Source: Nitrosopumilaceae archaeon (GTDB lineage Archaea; Thermoproteota; Nitrososphaeria; Nitrososphaerales; Nitrosopumilaceae). Taken from it: a stretch of DNA of 64,000 nt. The DNA lies in assembly GCA_965203465.1 (NCBI GenBank), contig CBDBCR010000003.1, positions 224,001 through 288,000 on the forward strand. Direction: 5' to 3'. Shown here in pieces: positions 21,062 to 30,537 of the stretch. The notes under the pieces are model-generated. The model was not told the DNA's origin. It was given only the letters and a program-made list of their open reading frames with translations, and made no database searches. Made by a program: the position numbers and the translations under genes. Each line of letters begins with the position of its first letter. Positions within the stretch are counted from its first letter, which is position 1.

Positions 21062-21817
21062 CAGCTCGGCAAGCGAATCTTCGAGCGGCGTGCTCGACGA
21101 GGCGGCCCCCAGGTGCCTGCGCGTTATGCCGAACCTGCGCCGCAGGTAGGCGCCGGCCGAGCGCGAGTACCCGCAGTCGCGCATCCCCGATCGTTGGAGG
21201 CCCGCCGAAAGCCCGTCTAGGTCGCGCCCGCGCCCCAGCGCGACCAGCACGAACCCGCTACCCGGCTTTACGCCGGCCTCGCTTATGGCGCGCGAGATCT
21301 GCGTCGTGATGGCAAAGCGCAGCAGCATCTCGGTCTCCAGCCTTTCCGAGATCATGGTCCCGCGCCGCTCCGCCTCGGCTGCCAGCAGCAGGATCTTGCG
21401 CAGGTGGCCGCCGCCCAGCACCATCATGGAGCGGACCGCCTGCAGGCGCAGGCGCGGGTGCTCCAGGCGCAGCCGGTCCAGGAACTCGGGCCCCAGCCGG
21501 GCCCGCCCGCTCACGCAGATCCAGAGCGCGCCGTATTTTCCGACCGGCGCGCGCGAGCCGCCGTGCACCACCGGTATGACCGCCACGTCGTCGCCCGGCG
21601 CGACGGGGCACTCGGGGCCCCCGCGCGCGGACGAATCCGCGCCGTTGACGGCCACGAGAACCGACGAAGAATCCACGCGCGCGCCCGACTTGCGCATGCC
21701 CTCCAGGCGCTCCAGCAGTTCCCCGACAGTCCGGGGCGCCGGATCTACTGTCACGGTCTCGGATCCGAACGCCGCCCGGGCGCCGCCCAAGAGGCGCACG
21801 CGCAGCTCAGGGCTCAT
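21047..21817 (-). CDS. cgi121: MoaD/ThiS ubiquitin-like domain fused to KEOPS subunit Cgi121
   Basis: N-terminal half LVAVNG..GDDVAVIPVVHGG; C-terminal half ETEMLLRFAITTQISRAISEAGVK. Confidence 0.8.
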   Translation of the reverse strand: MSPELRVRLLGGARAAFGSETVTVDPAPRTVGELLERLEGMRKSGARVDSSSVLVAVNGADSSARGGPECPVAPGDDVAVIPVVHGGSRAPVGKYGALWICVSGRARLGPEFLDRLRLEHPRLRLQAVRSMMVLGGGHLRKILLLAAEAERRGTMISERLETEMLLRFAITTQISRAISEAGVKPGSGFVLVALGRGRDLDGLSAGLQRSGMRDCGYSRSAGAYLRRRFGITRRHLGAASSSTPLEDSLAELSAVL

Positions 21818-22649
21818 CCGCCGGGGCCTCTGGTTCGGGCTCGCGGGTCTTGCAAAACTGCTCGGCGTCGACGATCGAGAGCGTCCCGCCCGTCTCCTCC
21901 GAGGCGCGCTGCGCAAAGGCCAGCAGGTTGCCGTCGCCCGAGACTATCGTCACGCGCGAGGATTCGGACTGCTTCATGGCCGCCGCGAGCAGGTCCCTGT
22001 CGGCCGCGGCGGCCGCGTACAGGCGCTCCAGATCCTGGTCCTTGTCCTGGCCGCTCATCGACTTTAGCTCCAGCCACCGCCCGGCCTGCTCGGATTCTGC
22101 GTCGTCTAGCGCAGACCTGTGCATGTCTTCGGCCTTTTTGAGGTGGGCCGCGCCGGGCCTGAGCCTCGTGAACAGGCCCTTGCGCCCCTCGAATATGGCC
22201 GACAGTATAGAGCGCAGCTCCGAGGGCGGCACGCGGTCGCGCAGGTCCGAGTGCGCCGCCATCCACACCTCGAGCTCTTCGCACACGGTGTCCGGTATCG
22301 TTATGCGCCTGCCGGCGCCGGCGGCCGGATCGGCCAGGGCCACCGGGCGGCCCGAGACGTGGTCGAGCACGGGGCCGTGGAGCACGTCGGCGTCGAGTAT
22401 CACGAGCGTCTCGCGCGCGGCCGACTTTGCCCTGGCCGCCTGGCTGCGCTCCTGCTCTTCGGATTCCTTCTGGCGCCGCAGCTCGCGCCTGACCATGCGC
22501 GTGATGAGGCCGGCCATGCAGTTGCGCAGCTTTTTGGATCTGATCACCGAGACCTGCTGCAGCGCCTTTTTGTTGTCGGCAAAGTCGCCGCCAAACTCGG
22601 AGCGGTGCCCCTCGAGCACCTCCTCGCAGAGGCGCCGAACCCTGTTCAA
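21807..22649 (-). CDS. rps17e: 30S ribosomal protein eS17 fused to a PIN-domain nuclease
   Basis: N-terminal NRVRRLCEEVLEGHRSEFGGDFADNKKALQQVSVIRSKKLRNCMAGLIT is eS17; it continues without a stop into VILDADVL / IPDTVCEEL / ADRDLLAAA / IVSGDGNL. Confidence 0.88.
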   Translation of the reverse strand: MNRVRRLCEEVLEGHRSEFGGDFADNKKALQQVSVIRSKKLRNCMAGLITRMVRRELRRQKESEEQERSQAARAKSAARETLVILDADVLHGPVLDHVSGRPVALADPAAGAGRRITIPDTVCEELEVWMAAHSDLRDRVPPSELRSILSAIFEGRKGLFTRLRPGAAHLKKAEDMHRSALDDAESEQAGRWLELKSMSGQDKDQDLERLYAAAAADRDLLAAAMKQSESSRVTIVSGDGNLLAFAQRASEETGGTLSIVDAEQFCKTREPEPEAPADEP

Positions 22650-23419
22650 CGCGCCGCGCGCCTGCCGGGGCCTTTTATACGTATGGAGGGGTCGAAGCCC
22701 AGGTAGCGCTCGGAGTTGGCGCGCAGCAGCCCGCGCATCCGCTCGTAGCTCAGCCCGAGCTTGCTCGCGGCGCGCAGCGCCACGCTGTGCGCAAAGCAGG
22801 GGCGCGCGGGCCGGCCCCCGAAGCAGTGCGAGAACCCGACCGGCCCGTCGGTCTCGACCAGCACCCGGTCGGGGTCGGCGCGCGCGAGCAGCGCCTGCTT
22901 TTCCCCCGCGTACAGCAGCAGCGGCCCGAACGAGACGAAGCACCCCGCGTCCATGGCCGCGGCAAGCTGCCGCTTGCTCCCGTCGAACCAGTGCAGCAGC
23001 ACGCCGCGCAGCGAGTACGACGGGAGCGCGGCGAGCACCCCGTCGAGCGCCTTGCGCGAATGGACCGAGACGGGCAAGCCCAGCCTTTCGGCGCACGAGA
23101 GCATCTGCCCGAACACCTCTTCCTGCCTGGCCGCGCCGGCGCCGTAGGACGGATCCAGGCCCACCTCGCCTACGCCCGAGGCCGAGCTTGCCATCTCGAT
23201 CACCGGGCCCGGGTCGGAGCCGGCCGCGGACGGGTGCACGCCGACGAACGGCACCACGTTGCCGCTGCGCGAGGCAAGCTCCAGGGTGGCGCGCGAGTCG
23301 GCCTCGCACGTAGAGACGCAGCAGGCCACGGTGCCCGTCCCTTCCAGGCAGGCAAGCTCGCGGGCCGGCTCGTACAGCCCGTCCGAAAGGTGCACGTGCG
23401 AATCCATCAGCCACCCCAT
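22646..23419 (-). CDS. tatD: TatD-family metal-dependent hydrolase
   Basis: DSHVHL, GVHP, GEVGLD, SVHSR, LHWF, LVETDGP. Confidence 0.92.
   Translation of the reverse strand: MGWLMDSHVHLSDGLYEPARELACLEGTGTVACCVSTCEADSRATLELASRSGNVVPFVGVHPSAAGSDPGPVIEMASSASGVGEVGLDPSYGAGAARQEEVFGQMLSCAERLGLPVSVHSRKALDGVLAALPSYSLRGVLLHWFDGSKRQLAAAMDAGCFVSFGPLLLYAGEKQALLARADPDRVLVETDGPVGFSHCFGGRPARPCFAHSVALRAASKLGLSYERMRGLLRANSERYLGFDPSIRIKGPGRRAAR
22673..22679 (-). promoter_or_regulatory. TATA box of the rps17e-PIN gene
   Basis: TATAAAA on the minus strand 24 bp upstream of TTG 22649. Confidence 0.6.
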
Positions 23420-23481
23420 CGGCGCGGCGCGCCCGGCGCCCGGTTATAGGCGCTTTTATCGCTATGGCGCGATACGTGCGC

Positions 23482-23703
23482 GTGAAGGATTCGGAGCTTG
23501 GCGTCCCCGCCATGTACAGGATACTCAAAAAGTCCGGCGCCCCGAGGGTAAGCTCGGGCTCGGCCGAAGAGCTGCGCCGGATAACCGAAGAGGCCGCCAT
23601 GGCCGTCGCCGCCGAGGCGGTGCGCATGGCAAGGCACGCCAAGAGGAAGACGGTCATGGCCGAGGACGTGCGCGCGGCCGCCGGCTCGCCTAGGTTTAAG
23701 TGA
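23482..23703 (+). CDS. archaeal histone
   Basis: ELGVPAMYRILKKSGAPRVS..ARHAKRKTVMAEDV; start GTG 23482 (or ATG 23464). Confidence 0.9.
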   Translation: MKDSELGVPAMYRILKKSGAPRVSSGSAEELRRITEEAAMAVAAEAVRMARHAKRKTVMAEDVRAAAGSPRFK

Positions 23704-23728
23704 AGCCCCCCTCCGGCGCGCGGCACGC

Positions 23729-23800
23729 GGTGAGGTGGCAGAACGGCTATGCGTGGGTCTGCAAAACCCATCCAAGGGGGTTCGACTCCCTCCCTCACCT
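23729..23800 (+). tRNA. tRNA-Cys(GCA)
   Basis: Acceptor stem GGTGAGG/CCTCACC plus U discriminator, anticodon arm TGGGT-CTGCAAA-ACCCA, T-loop GGTTCGACTCC. Confidence 0.95.
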
Positions 23801-23803
23801 TCC

Positions 23804-24301
23804 CTACCGCAGCGCCCTCTTGATGACCAGCGTCAGGACGGCCAGCGCCCACGCCGTGCCGGCAGAGAGCACCGCGATGCCGACGGGCCCGAGCGCGAGG
23901 CGCCACGACTCGTTGGCGTATCCTATGGCGCCGGTGACGGGCAGCTCGCCCGCGTCGTTGCGTATGATCAGCGTGTAGGTGCCAGCCTCCCCTATCTCAA
24001 AGTACTCGTCGACGGCCGCCGTGCCGACCGGCTCGGAGAGCAGCACGAACCCGCGCGGCCCGATCACGCGCACGTCGATGTCGCCCGCCTCGAAGCTGTT
24101 CTTCTCGACCAGTATGACGCCCGTCGTGTTGACGTCCGGGTCCAGGTGCGCGTGCACCTTGAGCAGCGGGAGGTACTTGCCGATGATTAGCGTGTTCTCG
24201 ACCAGCGCGTCGGACGTCGTGATGGAGCCGTACAGCCACAAGAGCAGCCCCCCGCAGATCATGGCCCCGGCGGCCAGGAGCATCGCGTTGTACGACAGCA
24301 C
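23804..24301 (-). CDS. membrane protein with N- and C-terminal TM helices
   Basis: Two hydrophobic helices flank a beta-rich domain (GTYTLIIRN); TTAAA about 25 bp upstream. Confidence 0.65.
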   Translation of the reverse strand: MLSYNAMLLAAGAMICGGLLLWLYGSITTSDALVENTLIIGKYLPLLKVHAHLDPDVNTTGVILVEKNSFEAGDIDVRVIGPRGFVLLSEPVGTAAVDEYFEIGEAGTYTLIIRNDAGELPVTGAIGYANESWRLALGPVGIAVLSAGTAWALAVLTLVIKRALR

Positions 24302-24386
24302 GGCCGGCCCCTCCTGCCCGCGTGGTTTAAGCTTTTCACGGCCCGCCCGCCCATCAGATAAATAGGAAAGCCGGGCCGGCGCCGGC

Positions 24387-24950
24387 GTGGGCCCGTGGAG
24401 GAGCGACTTTCTGGGCATAGCCTACAGGTACTACGACCTGAGGATGAACGCGGTGCCGCTCTTCGCGGAGCGCGCGCCTGCCGCCGAGGCGTGGCGCGAG
24501 ACGGTCAGGTGGTGGCCGGATCACGCCGTCAGGATGAGGTTCGTCGAGGACGGCGGCCACTACTGGTTCGTGCTCGGCTCGGACTCGCAGCGCCCCGAGT
24601 CCAACGCCGGCTTCGCCAAGAGGCTGGAAATGTCGGACAGCTACCGGCGGTTCAAAAATGGCCACGCCGGCGAGGCGTACCTGCGCTTCGGCACGTACAG
24701 GACGCTGTCCAAGGCCGACGCAAAGGACGACGCGCTGTGCGGCTGCGGCCACGAAAGGGCCGACCACGGCCTGGCGCGCGAGCAGGAGGACTGCCTGTAC
24801 GAGGACTGCGCGTGCGAAAAGTTCTCCACGTTCGAGGTAAGGCTGCTCAGGAAGAAAAAGACCGTCACCGACATTTCGTTCCTCGGGATGGACGGGGCCA
24901 GGGACGACGCGCTGGCCTGGAACTTTCTCAACTCGAAGGGCCTGGTCTAG
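24387..24950 (+). CDS. conserved hypothetical protein with Cys/His cluster
   Basis: CGCGHERADH..CLYEDCACEKF. Confidence 0.7.
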   Translation: MGPWRSDFLGIAYRYYDLRMNAVPLFAERAPAAEAWRETVRWWPDHAVRMRFVEDGGHYWFVLGSDSQRPESNAGFAKRLEMSDSYRRFKNGHAGEAYLRFGTYRTLSKADAKDDALCGCGHERADHGLAREQEDCLYEDCACEKFSTFEVRLLRKKKTVTDISFLGMDGARDDALAWNFLNSKGLV

Positions 24951-25099
24951 CCGTTCACGCGCGCGTGGTCGCCCGGGTAGTGCCGCGCTATCAGTTTCGA
25001 GTAGCAGCTCCCGCACAGCGGGCCGCTTGCGTCCCACCCCTCCATCGGCATGTACGTCTGCCGTATCCTGCCGCCGCACTCTGAGCATGTACTCGGCAC
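24947..25099 (-). CDS. 50-aa zinc-finger-like protein (absent from ORF track)
   Basis: MPSTCSECGGRIRQTYMPMEGWDASGPLCGSCYSKLIARHYPGDHARVNG*; TTTTATA about 23 bp upstream on the minus strand. Confidence 0.75.
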   Translation of the reverse strand: MPSTCSECGGRIRQTYMPMEGWDASGPLCGSCYSKLIARHYPGDHARVNG

Positions 25100-25164
25100 G
25101 GCGCGAGCGGCGCGGCGCGCGTATAAAAACCAAGAGATAAAACCGGGGGGGGAAGGCCCGCGCC

Positions 25165-26979
25165 ATGCGCGCGCTACTGTGCGCCGCGGCGCTCGCGGCG
25201 GCCGCCGTCCTGCCCGCCCACGCCGAGTGCGGCGGGGGCCTGCTCGAGATGGTCTCGGCGCGCGGCGGCGAGGCGTGCGTGAGCGCGCACTCGGCGCACA
25301 AGCTCGAAGGGCGGGGCTGGTCGCACGCGCCGCTCTCGGTCTCGGTGGTCGATACGATCACCGTCGCGAGCACCGCCGACTCGCTGCTGCCGTCGGACTC
25401 GGCGGTGACAAGGGTGCTCACGGGCAGGGGCGTGCCCGAAGAGATCGAGAGGAGGGTGCACGAGTCGTACTGGGCCACCAGGGACAGGATCAACATCCTG
25501 ACCGGCGCGGAGTCTGCATGGCTGGAGGAGAACCCCACCATCAGGGTGGCCTACGAGCACAACTGGCCGCCGCTAGAGTACGATCAGGGCGGCGGCATAG
25601 GCGGGCTGACCGCCGCGTACATCGAAAGGTTCGAAGAGTTCACCGGGGCCGAGTTCGTCCCCGTCAGATCCATGACCCTGACCGACGAGGCCCACAAGAT
25701 AGAGTCGGGCGAGGCCGACATGGCGTTCATGTCGGTGGACGAGGGCAAAAAGCGCGAATACATGTACTTTACCGAGTTCCACACGGCGCTCGCCTCCAAC
25801 CTGATCACGTACGGGCAGCGCGACGTGTCCGCAGATGATCTGCAGTCGGCCAGGATAGGGACCGTGCGCGGCGGCGAGATCGAGGAGTGGCTCGACACGC
25901 GCCACCGCGACGTCGAATACGTCTCGCTGCACGACCACGCGGCCGCGTTCGAGGCGCTCGAGGACGGCCGCATAGACGTGCTGGTAGACTCGTGGATAGT
26001 CGCGGAGCACATGGCCCTGCGGAGCGGCTTCGAGGGCCTGCACAACTCGGGGCCCGCCGGCCACGTATCGGAGATCTCGATCGGCTGCTCCAAAGAGGAC
26101 GCCGTGCTGTGCCGCATACTGGCCAAGGCACTCGAGTCGATACCCGACGAGGAGAGGGAGCGCATGCTCGTCGAGGCGATCGGCGGGTCGGCGGCCGACC
26201 AGGAGATCGCCGTGGCCGTCCACGAGGCGTACGCGGCCACCAAGCAGAGGGTGACCGAGCTGCTGGCCGAGGAAAGAGAGTGGCTGGCCGGCAGGGGGCA
26301 GATCAGCGTCGTGCACGAGGCCAACTGGCCGCCGCTGGAGTTCGTGGACGAGGACGGCGCGTTCGGCGGGCTGACCGGGATGTACGCGGACGCGTTCTCC
26401 GAGTTCGCGGGGGTCGAGTTCGTGCCGCACCGCGCCAATTCCTGGGCCGAGGGGGTGAACGAGCTGCACGCGGGCGATGCCGACATATCACTCATGATAA
26501 CCGAGACCGACGATCGGATAAAGTACATCGGGTTCACCGAGCCCCACACGGTCCTGTCGTACAGCATGATCACCCACGGGGAGGCGGAGCTCGGCCCCGA
26601 GGACATAGGCGGCGTGCTCCTGGGCACCATACGCGGGTACGGCATCGAGGAGTGGCTGGACATACACCATCCGGGCGTCGAATACGTCTCCATACACGGC
26701 CACCACCACGCGTTCGAGGCCCTCAAAGACGGCCGCATAGACGCCCTGGTCGAGATCTGGCCGGTGGTATCGCACATCGCGGACGATGCCGGCTTCGAGG
26801 GGCTGCACAACGCAGGTCCCATAGGCCACACGATGGACCTGGCCGTGGGGTACACCAAGACCGAGCCGGTGCTCGGAGACATCGTCGAAAAGGCGCTCGG
26901 ATCCATATCCGAAGACCGCAGGGAAGAGATGCTGGTAGAGGCCATACTGGCGCCGCACATCCGGGCGCGCGCAGAATAG
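25165..26979 (+). CDS. secreted substrate-binding protein with two tandem SBP family-3 (BvgS-VFT-like) modules
   Basis: Internal duplication YEHNWPPLEY / HEANWPPLEF and AFEALEDGRID / AFEALKDGRID; signal peptide. Confidence 0.85.
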   Translation: MRALLCAAALAAAAVLPAHAECGGGLLEMVSARGGEACVSAHSAHKLEGRGWSHAPLSVSVVDTITVASTADSLLPSDSAVTRVLTGRGVPEEIERRVHESYWATRDRINILTGAESAWLEENPTIRVAYEHNWPPLEYDQGGGIGGLTAAYIERFEEFTGAEFVPVRSMTLTDEAHKIESGEADMAFMSVDEGKKREYMYFTEFHTALASNLITYGQRDVSADDLQSARIGTVRGGEIEEWLDTRHRDVEYVSLHDHAAAFEALEDGRIDVLVDSWIVAEHMALRSGFEGLHNSGPAGHVSEISIGCSKEDAVLCRILAKALESIPDEERERMLVEAIGGSAADQEIAVAVHEAYAATKQRVTELLAEEREWLAGRGQISVVHEANWPPLEFVDEDGAFGGLTGMYADAFSEFAGVEFVPHRANSWAEGVNELHAGDADISLMITETDDRIKYIGFTEPHTVLSYSMITHGEAELGPEDIGGVLLGTIRGYGIEEWLDIHHPGVEYVSIHGHHHAFEALKDGRIDALVEIWPVVSHIADDAGFEGLHNAGPIGHTMDLAVGYTKTEPVLGDIVEKALGSISEDRREEMLVEAILAPHIRARAE

Positions 26980-27010
26980 GTTTATTTGCAAACGGCCGGC
27001 CCGCGCCGGC

Positions 27011-28369
27011 ATGGCCATACTGCCGATAGACTCGGGCAGGTACGGCACGCCCGAGATGCTCAGGGCGTTCGGCGCCGGGCGCAAGGTGGAGCTGCAGCTC
27101 TTGGTCGAGGCCGAGGTGGCCCGCGCGCAGGGCGCGCTGGGCGTAATACCGGAGCGGGCCGCGCGCCAGATAGCGGCCGCGGCGAGATCGGGGAGGGTCA
27201 CGCCGGCCTCGGTGGCCCGGATAGAAAGGAGGACCGACCACGACACGGCGGCCTTGGTGGAGGCGCTGGGCGCGCAGTGCCCGCCCGGGGCCCGGCCGTG
27301 GGTGCATTTCGGCCTGACCAGCAACGACCTGGTGGACACGAGCACGTCGATGCAGATGCGCGACGCGCTGGACATAATCGCGCCAAAGACGGCGAGGCTC
27401 GCCCTGGCGCTGGCGGGATCGGCCGAAAAGTACGCCCGGCTTCCGGCCGTCGGCAGGACGCACGGGCAGCACGCCAGCGTCATCTCGTTCGGGCTAAAGT
27501 TCGCAAACTGGGCGGCCGAGATGGCCCACCACCTGGAGCGCATCGGGCAGGCCAGGGAGCGCGTCTTGGTGTGCAAGACGCTCGGCGTGGTCGGCACCGG
27601 ATCCCTGATGGGCGCGCGCGCCGTCGATGTGCAGGCCGAGGTCGCGCGCAGGCTGGGCCTGCGGCCGGCCGGCGCCGCCACGCAGGTGGTCGCGCGCGAG
27701 AGGCACGCAGAGTACGTCTTCGCCCTAGCGCTGCTCGGCTCCACCCTGGACAAGATGGCCACCGAGGTGCGCAACCTGCAGAGGACCGAGATAGGCGAGG
27801 TCGCCGAGGCTTTCAGGAAGGGCCAGATGGGCAGCAGCGCCGTGCCCGTAAAGCGCAACCCCACCAAGAGCGAGCGCGTCTCTTCGCTCGCGCGCCTGCT
27901 CCGCTCGTGCGTGCAGGTCTCGCTGGAGAACGTGCCGCTGTGGCACGAGCGCGACCTTACCAACTCGGCCAACGAGAGGTTCACCCTGCCGACCGCCTCG
28001 ATACTCGCAGACGACATGGTCGGCTCCATGGCCTCGGTGGTCTCGAACCTGTCCGTCGACGAGGCGCGCGTCAGGGCCAACCTGGACGCGACAGGCGGGC
28101 AGATCTTCGCAGAGTTCGTGCTGGAGGCCATGGTGAGGAAGGGCGTTGCCCGCAGCTCCGCCTACAGGGACGTGCAGCGCGTGGCCTTCGAGGCGCGCGC
28201 CTCGGGCGCAAGGTTCCTCGACGCGCTGCTGCAAGACGGGGCCGTCTCCGGCGTGCTCGGGCCTGCCGAGCTGCGGCGCGTCTTTGATCCGGGCAGGCAC
28301 CTCGGCGCATCGGCCCGCATCATATCGGCGGCCGCGAGGTCTGCGCGCCGCGCCGCCGCAAGGACTTGA
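27011..28369 (+). CDS. purB: adenylosuccinate lyase
   Basis: HFGLTSND, GRTHGQHA, GSSAVPVKRNP, HERDLTNS. Confidence 0.96.
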   Translation: MAILPIDSGRYGTPEMLRAFGAGRKVELQLLVEAEVARAQGALGVIPERAARQIAAAARSGRVTPASVARIERRTDHDTAALVEALGAQCPPGARPWVHFGLTSNDLVDTSTSMQMRDALDIIAPKTARLALALAGSAEKYARLPAVGRTHGQHASVISFGLKFANWAAEMAHHLERIGQARERVLVCKTLGVVGTGSLMGARAVDVQAEVARRLGLRPAGAATQVVARERHAEYVFALALLGSTLDKMATEVRNLQRTEIGEVAEAFRKGQMGSSAVPVKRNPTKSERVSSLARLLRSCVQVSLENVPLWHERDLTNSANERFTLPTASILADDMVGSMASVVSNLSVDEARVRANLDATGGQIFAEFVLEAMVRKGVARSSAYRDVQRVAFEARASGARFLDALLQDGAVSGVLGPAELRRVFDPGRHLGASARIISAAARSARRAAART

Positions 28370-29084
28370 GAGCCGCGCGGTGTATGCCCGAGCCGTACTG
28401 TAGCGCCTTTTTGGGCCTGCCGCATATGTCTTGCGGCACGCCGCACAGCCCCGCCGCCTCCCGGACGGCGTGCTTGCGCAGCGCGTCAGAGGCGCCGCGC
28501 ACCTTTTGATCGAGCGGCACGGCGCGCGCGCATTCGGCAAACCCTGGCGACAGGAACGGCTGGACAAGCCGCACGCCGGCGGCGCGCGCGAGCGCCCCAA
28601 TCTTCCCGAACATCTCCAGCTCCGATTCGAGCTTTGCGTCTATCATGGACTCCAGGTGGTCCTGCCCAGAGGCGTACTCGCGCCGGTACGCGTCGTAGCC
28701 GCAGAAAAGCTCGTCTATGCCGTTGGCCGCGGCGACCGTGCCAAGATCCAGCTCCGAGGCGAGCTCGAAGACGCGCCCGAACGCGACGGCGTTTTCTGCC
28801 CACGAGAGCTTTCCGCCCATCGCCTCGAGCGCCGCGTCTAGCCGGCCGTCCAGATCCGTGACGTGCGCGGTGCGCAGCTCCAGGCCGCACCTGCCGGCGG
28901 CGGCCGCGGCGGCCTCGAGATCCGGCGAGCCGGGCATTCCGACCGTCAGGGCCGTCACCTCGCCGCGCTCCCGGCACAGAAAGGCGAGCAGCGTGCTGTC
29001 TATGCCGCCGGAAAAGGCCACGCCCACCCTGCCCGGCGGCACCGAGGAGCCGACAGCCCCGCGCATGCGCCCCAGCAGGTCCAC
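28320..29084 (-). CDS. asparagine synthase C-terminal domain protein
   Basis: [29 protein letters not shown]. Confidence 0.85.
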   Translation of the reverse strand: MDLLGRMRGAVGSSVPPGRVGVAFSGGIDSTLLAFLCRERGEVTALTVGMPGSPDLEAAAAAAGRCGLELRTAHVTDLDGRLDAALEAMGGKLSWAENAVAFGRVFELASELDLGTVAAANGIDELFCGYDAYRREYASGQDHLESMIDAKLESELEMFGKIGALARAAGVRLVQPFLSPGFAECARAVPLDQKVRGASDALRKHAVREAAGLCGVPQDICGRPKKALQYGSGIHRAALKSLRRRGAQTSRPPI

Positions 29085-29132
29085 GGGCGCCGGATTGCAA
29101 ATGGTTATAAAATTCCAGCACGGGGGCGCGCC

Positions 29133-29405
29133 ATGCTGTCAGAAGGGGAGGCGGCCGGAGAGCTCGCCTCGATGGACGGGTGGTCGCTGGAAAAAGGGGC
29201 CATATCCAAAAAGTTCGAGTTCGCCACGTTCAGCGAGGCGTTCGGGTTCATGGCGCGCGCCGCGCTGGCCGCAGAAAAGATGGACCACCACCCCGAATGG
29301 ACCAACGTGTACAACACCGTCTCGGTCAGGCTCACCACCCACGACGCGGGCGGCCTTACGCGCAACGACATCGAGCTTGCGCGCCTGATGGACGGGCTGG
29401 CCTGA
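29133..29405 (+). CDS. pterin-4a-carbinolamine dehydratase
   Basis: [25 protein letters not shown]. Confidence 0.95.
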   Translation: MLSEGEAAGELASMDGWSLEKGAISKKFEFATFSEAFGFMARAALAAEKMDHHPEWTNVYNTVSVRLTTHDAGGLTRNDIELARLMDGLA

Positions 29406-29508
29406 GTGCGTGGATTCCGGTGCGCGGTCCGTTGGCAAGGGCGGGGGACGGCGGCGCGTTAAGCCCGCCACAAGGTATAATGCTCCGGGCCCGGGGGGGG
29501 CCGCCGTG

Positions 29509-30537
29509 ATGCTCGACGAGCTTGCAGGCCAGGTGCGCGGCGTGGTCTCGCGCATGGACGCCCGGGAGCCGACGGACATGGACGGCAACGCGATAGAGCC
29601 GGGCCAGTTCCTACCCATCGCCTCCGGGGAGCCGGCCAAGACGGCGTTCGTGGACGGGGGCAACGCCTCGATCAGCGAATCGCCCTCGTTCGTGGCCTCG
29701 CTCAACCGCGTCTGCTTTACCGTGTACAGGGGCGAGAAAAGGGAGACGCCGGGCTGCTCGGCGGCGGAGTTTTTCTCGCTCACGACCTTTTCGAGGCGCG
29801 GCGGCGCCGTCAGATCCGAGGCCCGCATGTTTTCCGAGCCGGGCGACGCGCGGTGGATGCCCGACGAAGACGACATGAGGGTAAGCCAGGTAAGCTCGGA
29901 TCAGCGCCCGAGGATCTCGTCGCTGCCGCGCAAGGTCGCAGAATGGAAGCTCGCCCTCTGGGCGGCCGTCAACGAACTTGGCGAGGGCGACGTGCTCGTC
30001 ATGGACGGCCCCCTGCAGGCCGGCTCCGAGGGCAGAGAGGAAAAGTACGCGCGCGAGCTGTACGACATGGCCGAATCGAAAAAAGTGGTGCTGTGCGGCC
30101 TCTCAAAGACCAGCAGGGCCATGACAAAGTCGGGCCAAGTCCTGCTGCCCCCCATACACAGGGCGGGCCTCGAGGCGCGGGGCAGGACAAAGTGGTTCGT
30201 GCCGGTCGGATCCGGCGGGGGCGGCAGGTGGCGCTCGCTGGCGGTCCGCCTGCACGAAGAAGCGGACTACGTCTTCCGGCTCGACATACTGGACAGCCAG
30301 TACGAAGAGGCCGGCCGCGTCATGTCCAGCCTGGCGGCCAACTCGACGGATCCGTCCATACCCGGATACCCGTACGGCGCCATAGACGCGGACAACGTGG
30401 CGCGCGTGCGCGGCGGGCACGCCGCGGCGGCGAGGGACGCGCTGACGGCCAAGATGATGTCCGGTCCAGAATGGGAGGCCTACGACAGGAACGCAAAGTC
30501 CATAGACATGCACGGGAGGCTCGACAGGGTGGTCTGA
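29509..30537 (+). CDS. nurA: NurA 5'-3' nuclease
   Basis: AFVDGG, VMDGPL, GLSKTS, GYPYGAIDAD; operon context. Confidence 0.88.
   Translation: MLDELAGQVRGVVSRMDAREPTDMDGNAIEPGQFLPIASGEPAKTAFVDGGNASISESPSFVASLNRVCFTVYRGEKRETPGCSAAEFFSLTTFSRRGGAVRSEARMFSEPGDARWMPDEDDMRVSQVSSDQRPRISSLPRKVAEWKLALWAAVNELGEGDVLVMDGPLQAGSEGREEKYARELYDMAESKKVVLCGLSKTSRAMTKSGQVLLPPIHRAGLEARGRTKWFVPVGSGGGGRWRSLAVRLHEEADYVFRLDILDSQYEEAGRVMSSLAANSTDPSIPGYPYGAIDADNVARVRGGHAAAARDALTAKMMSGPEWEAYDRNAKSIDMHGRLDRVV

Noticed and set aside
23729-23830. tRNA-Cys as an integration site
   Set aside because: No integrase or duplicated 3' end was seen, and flanking genes look like core genes.
21807-23906. 699-aa ORF as a single protein
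   Set aside because: The upstream part is an Arg/Ala-rich shadow frame over tatD, the histone gene and tRNA-Cys; the real gene starts at 22649.
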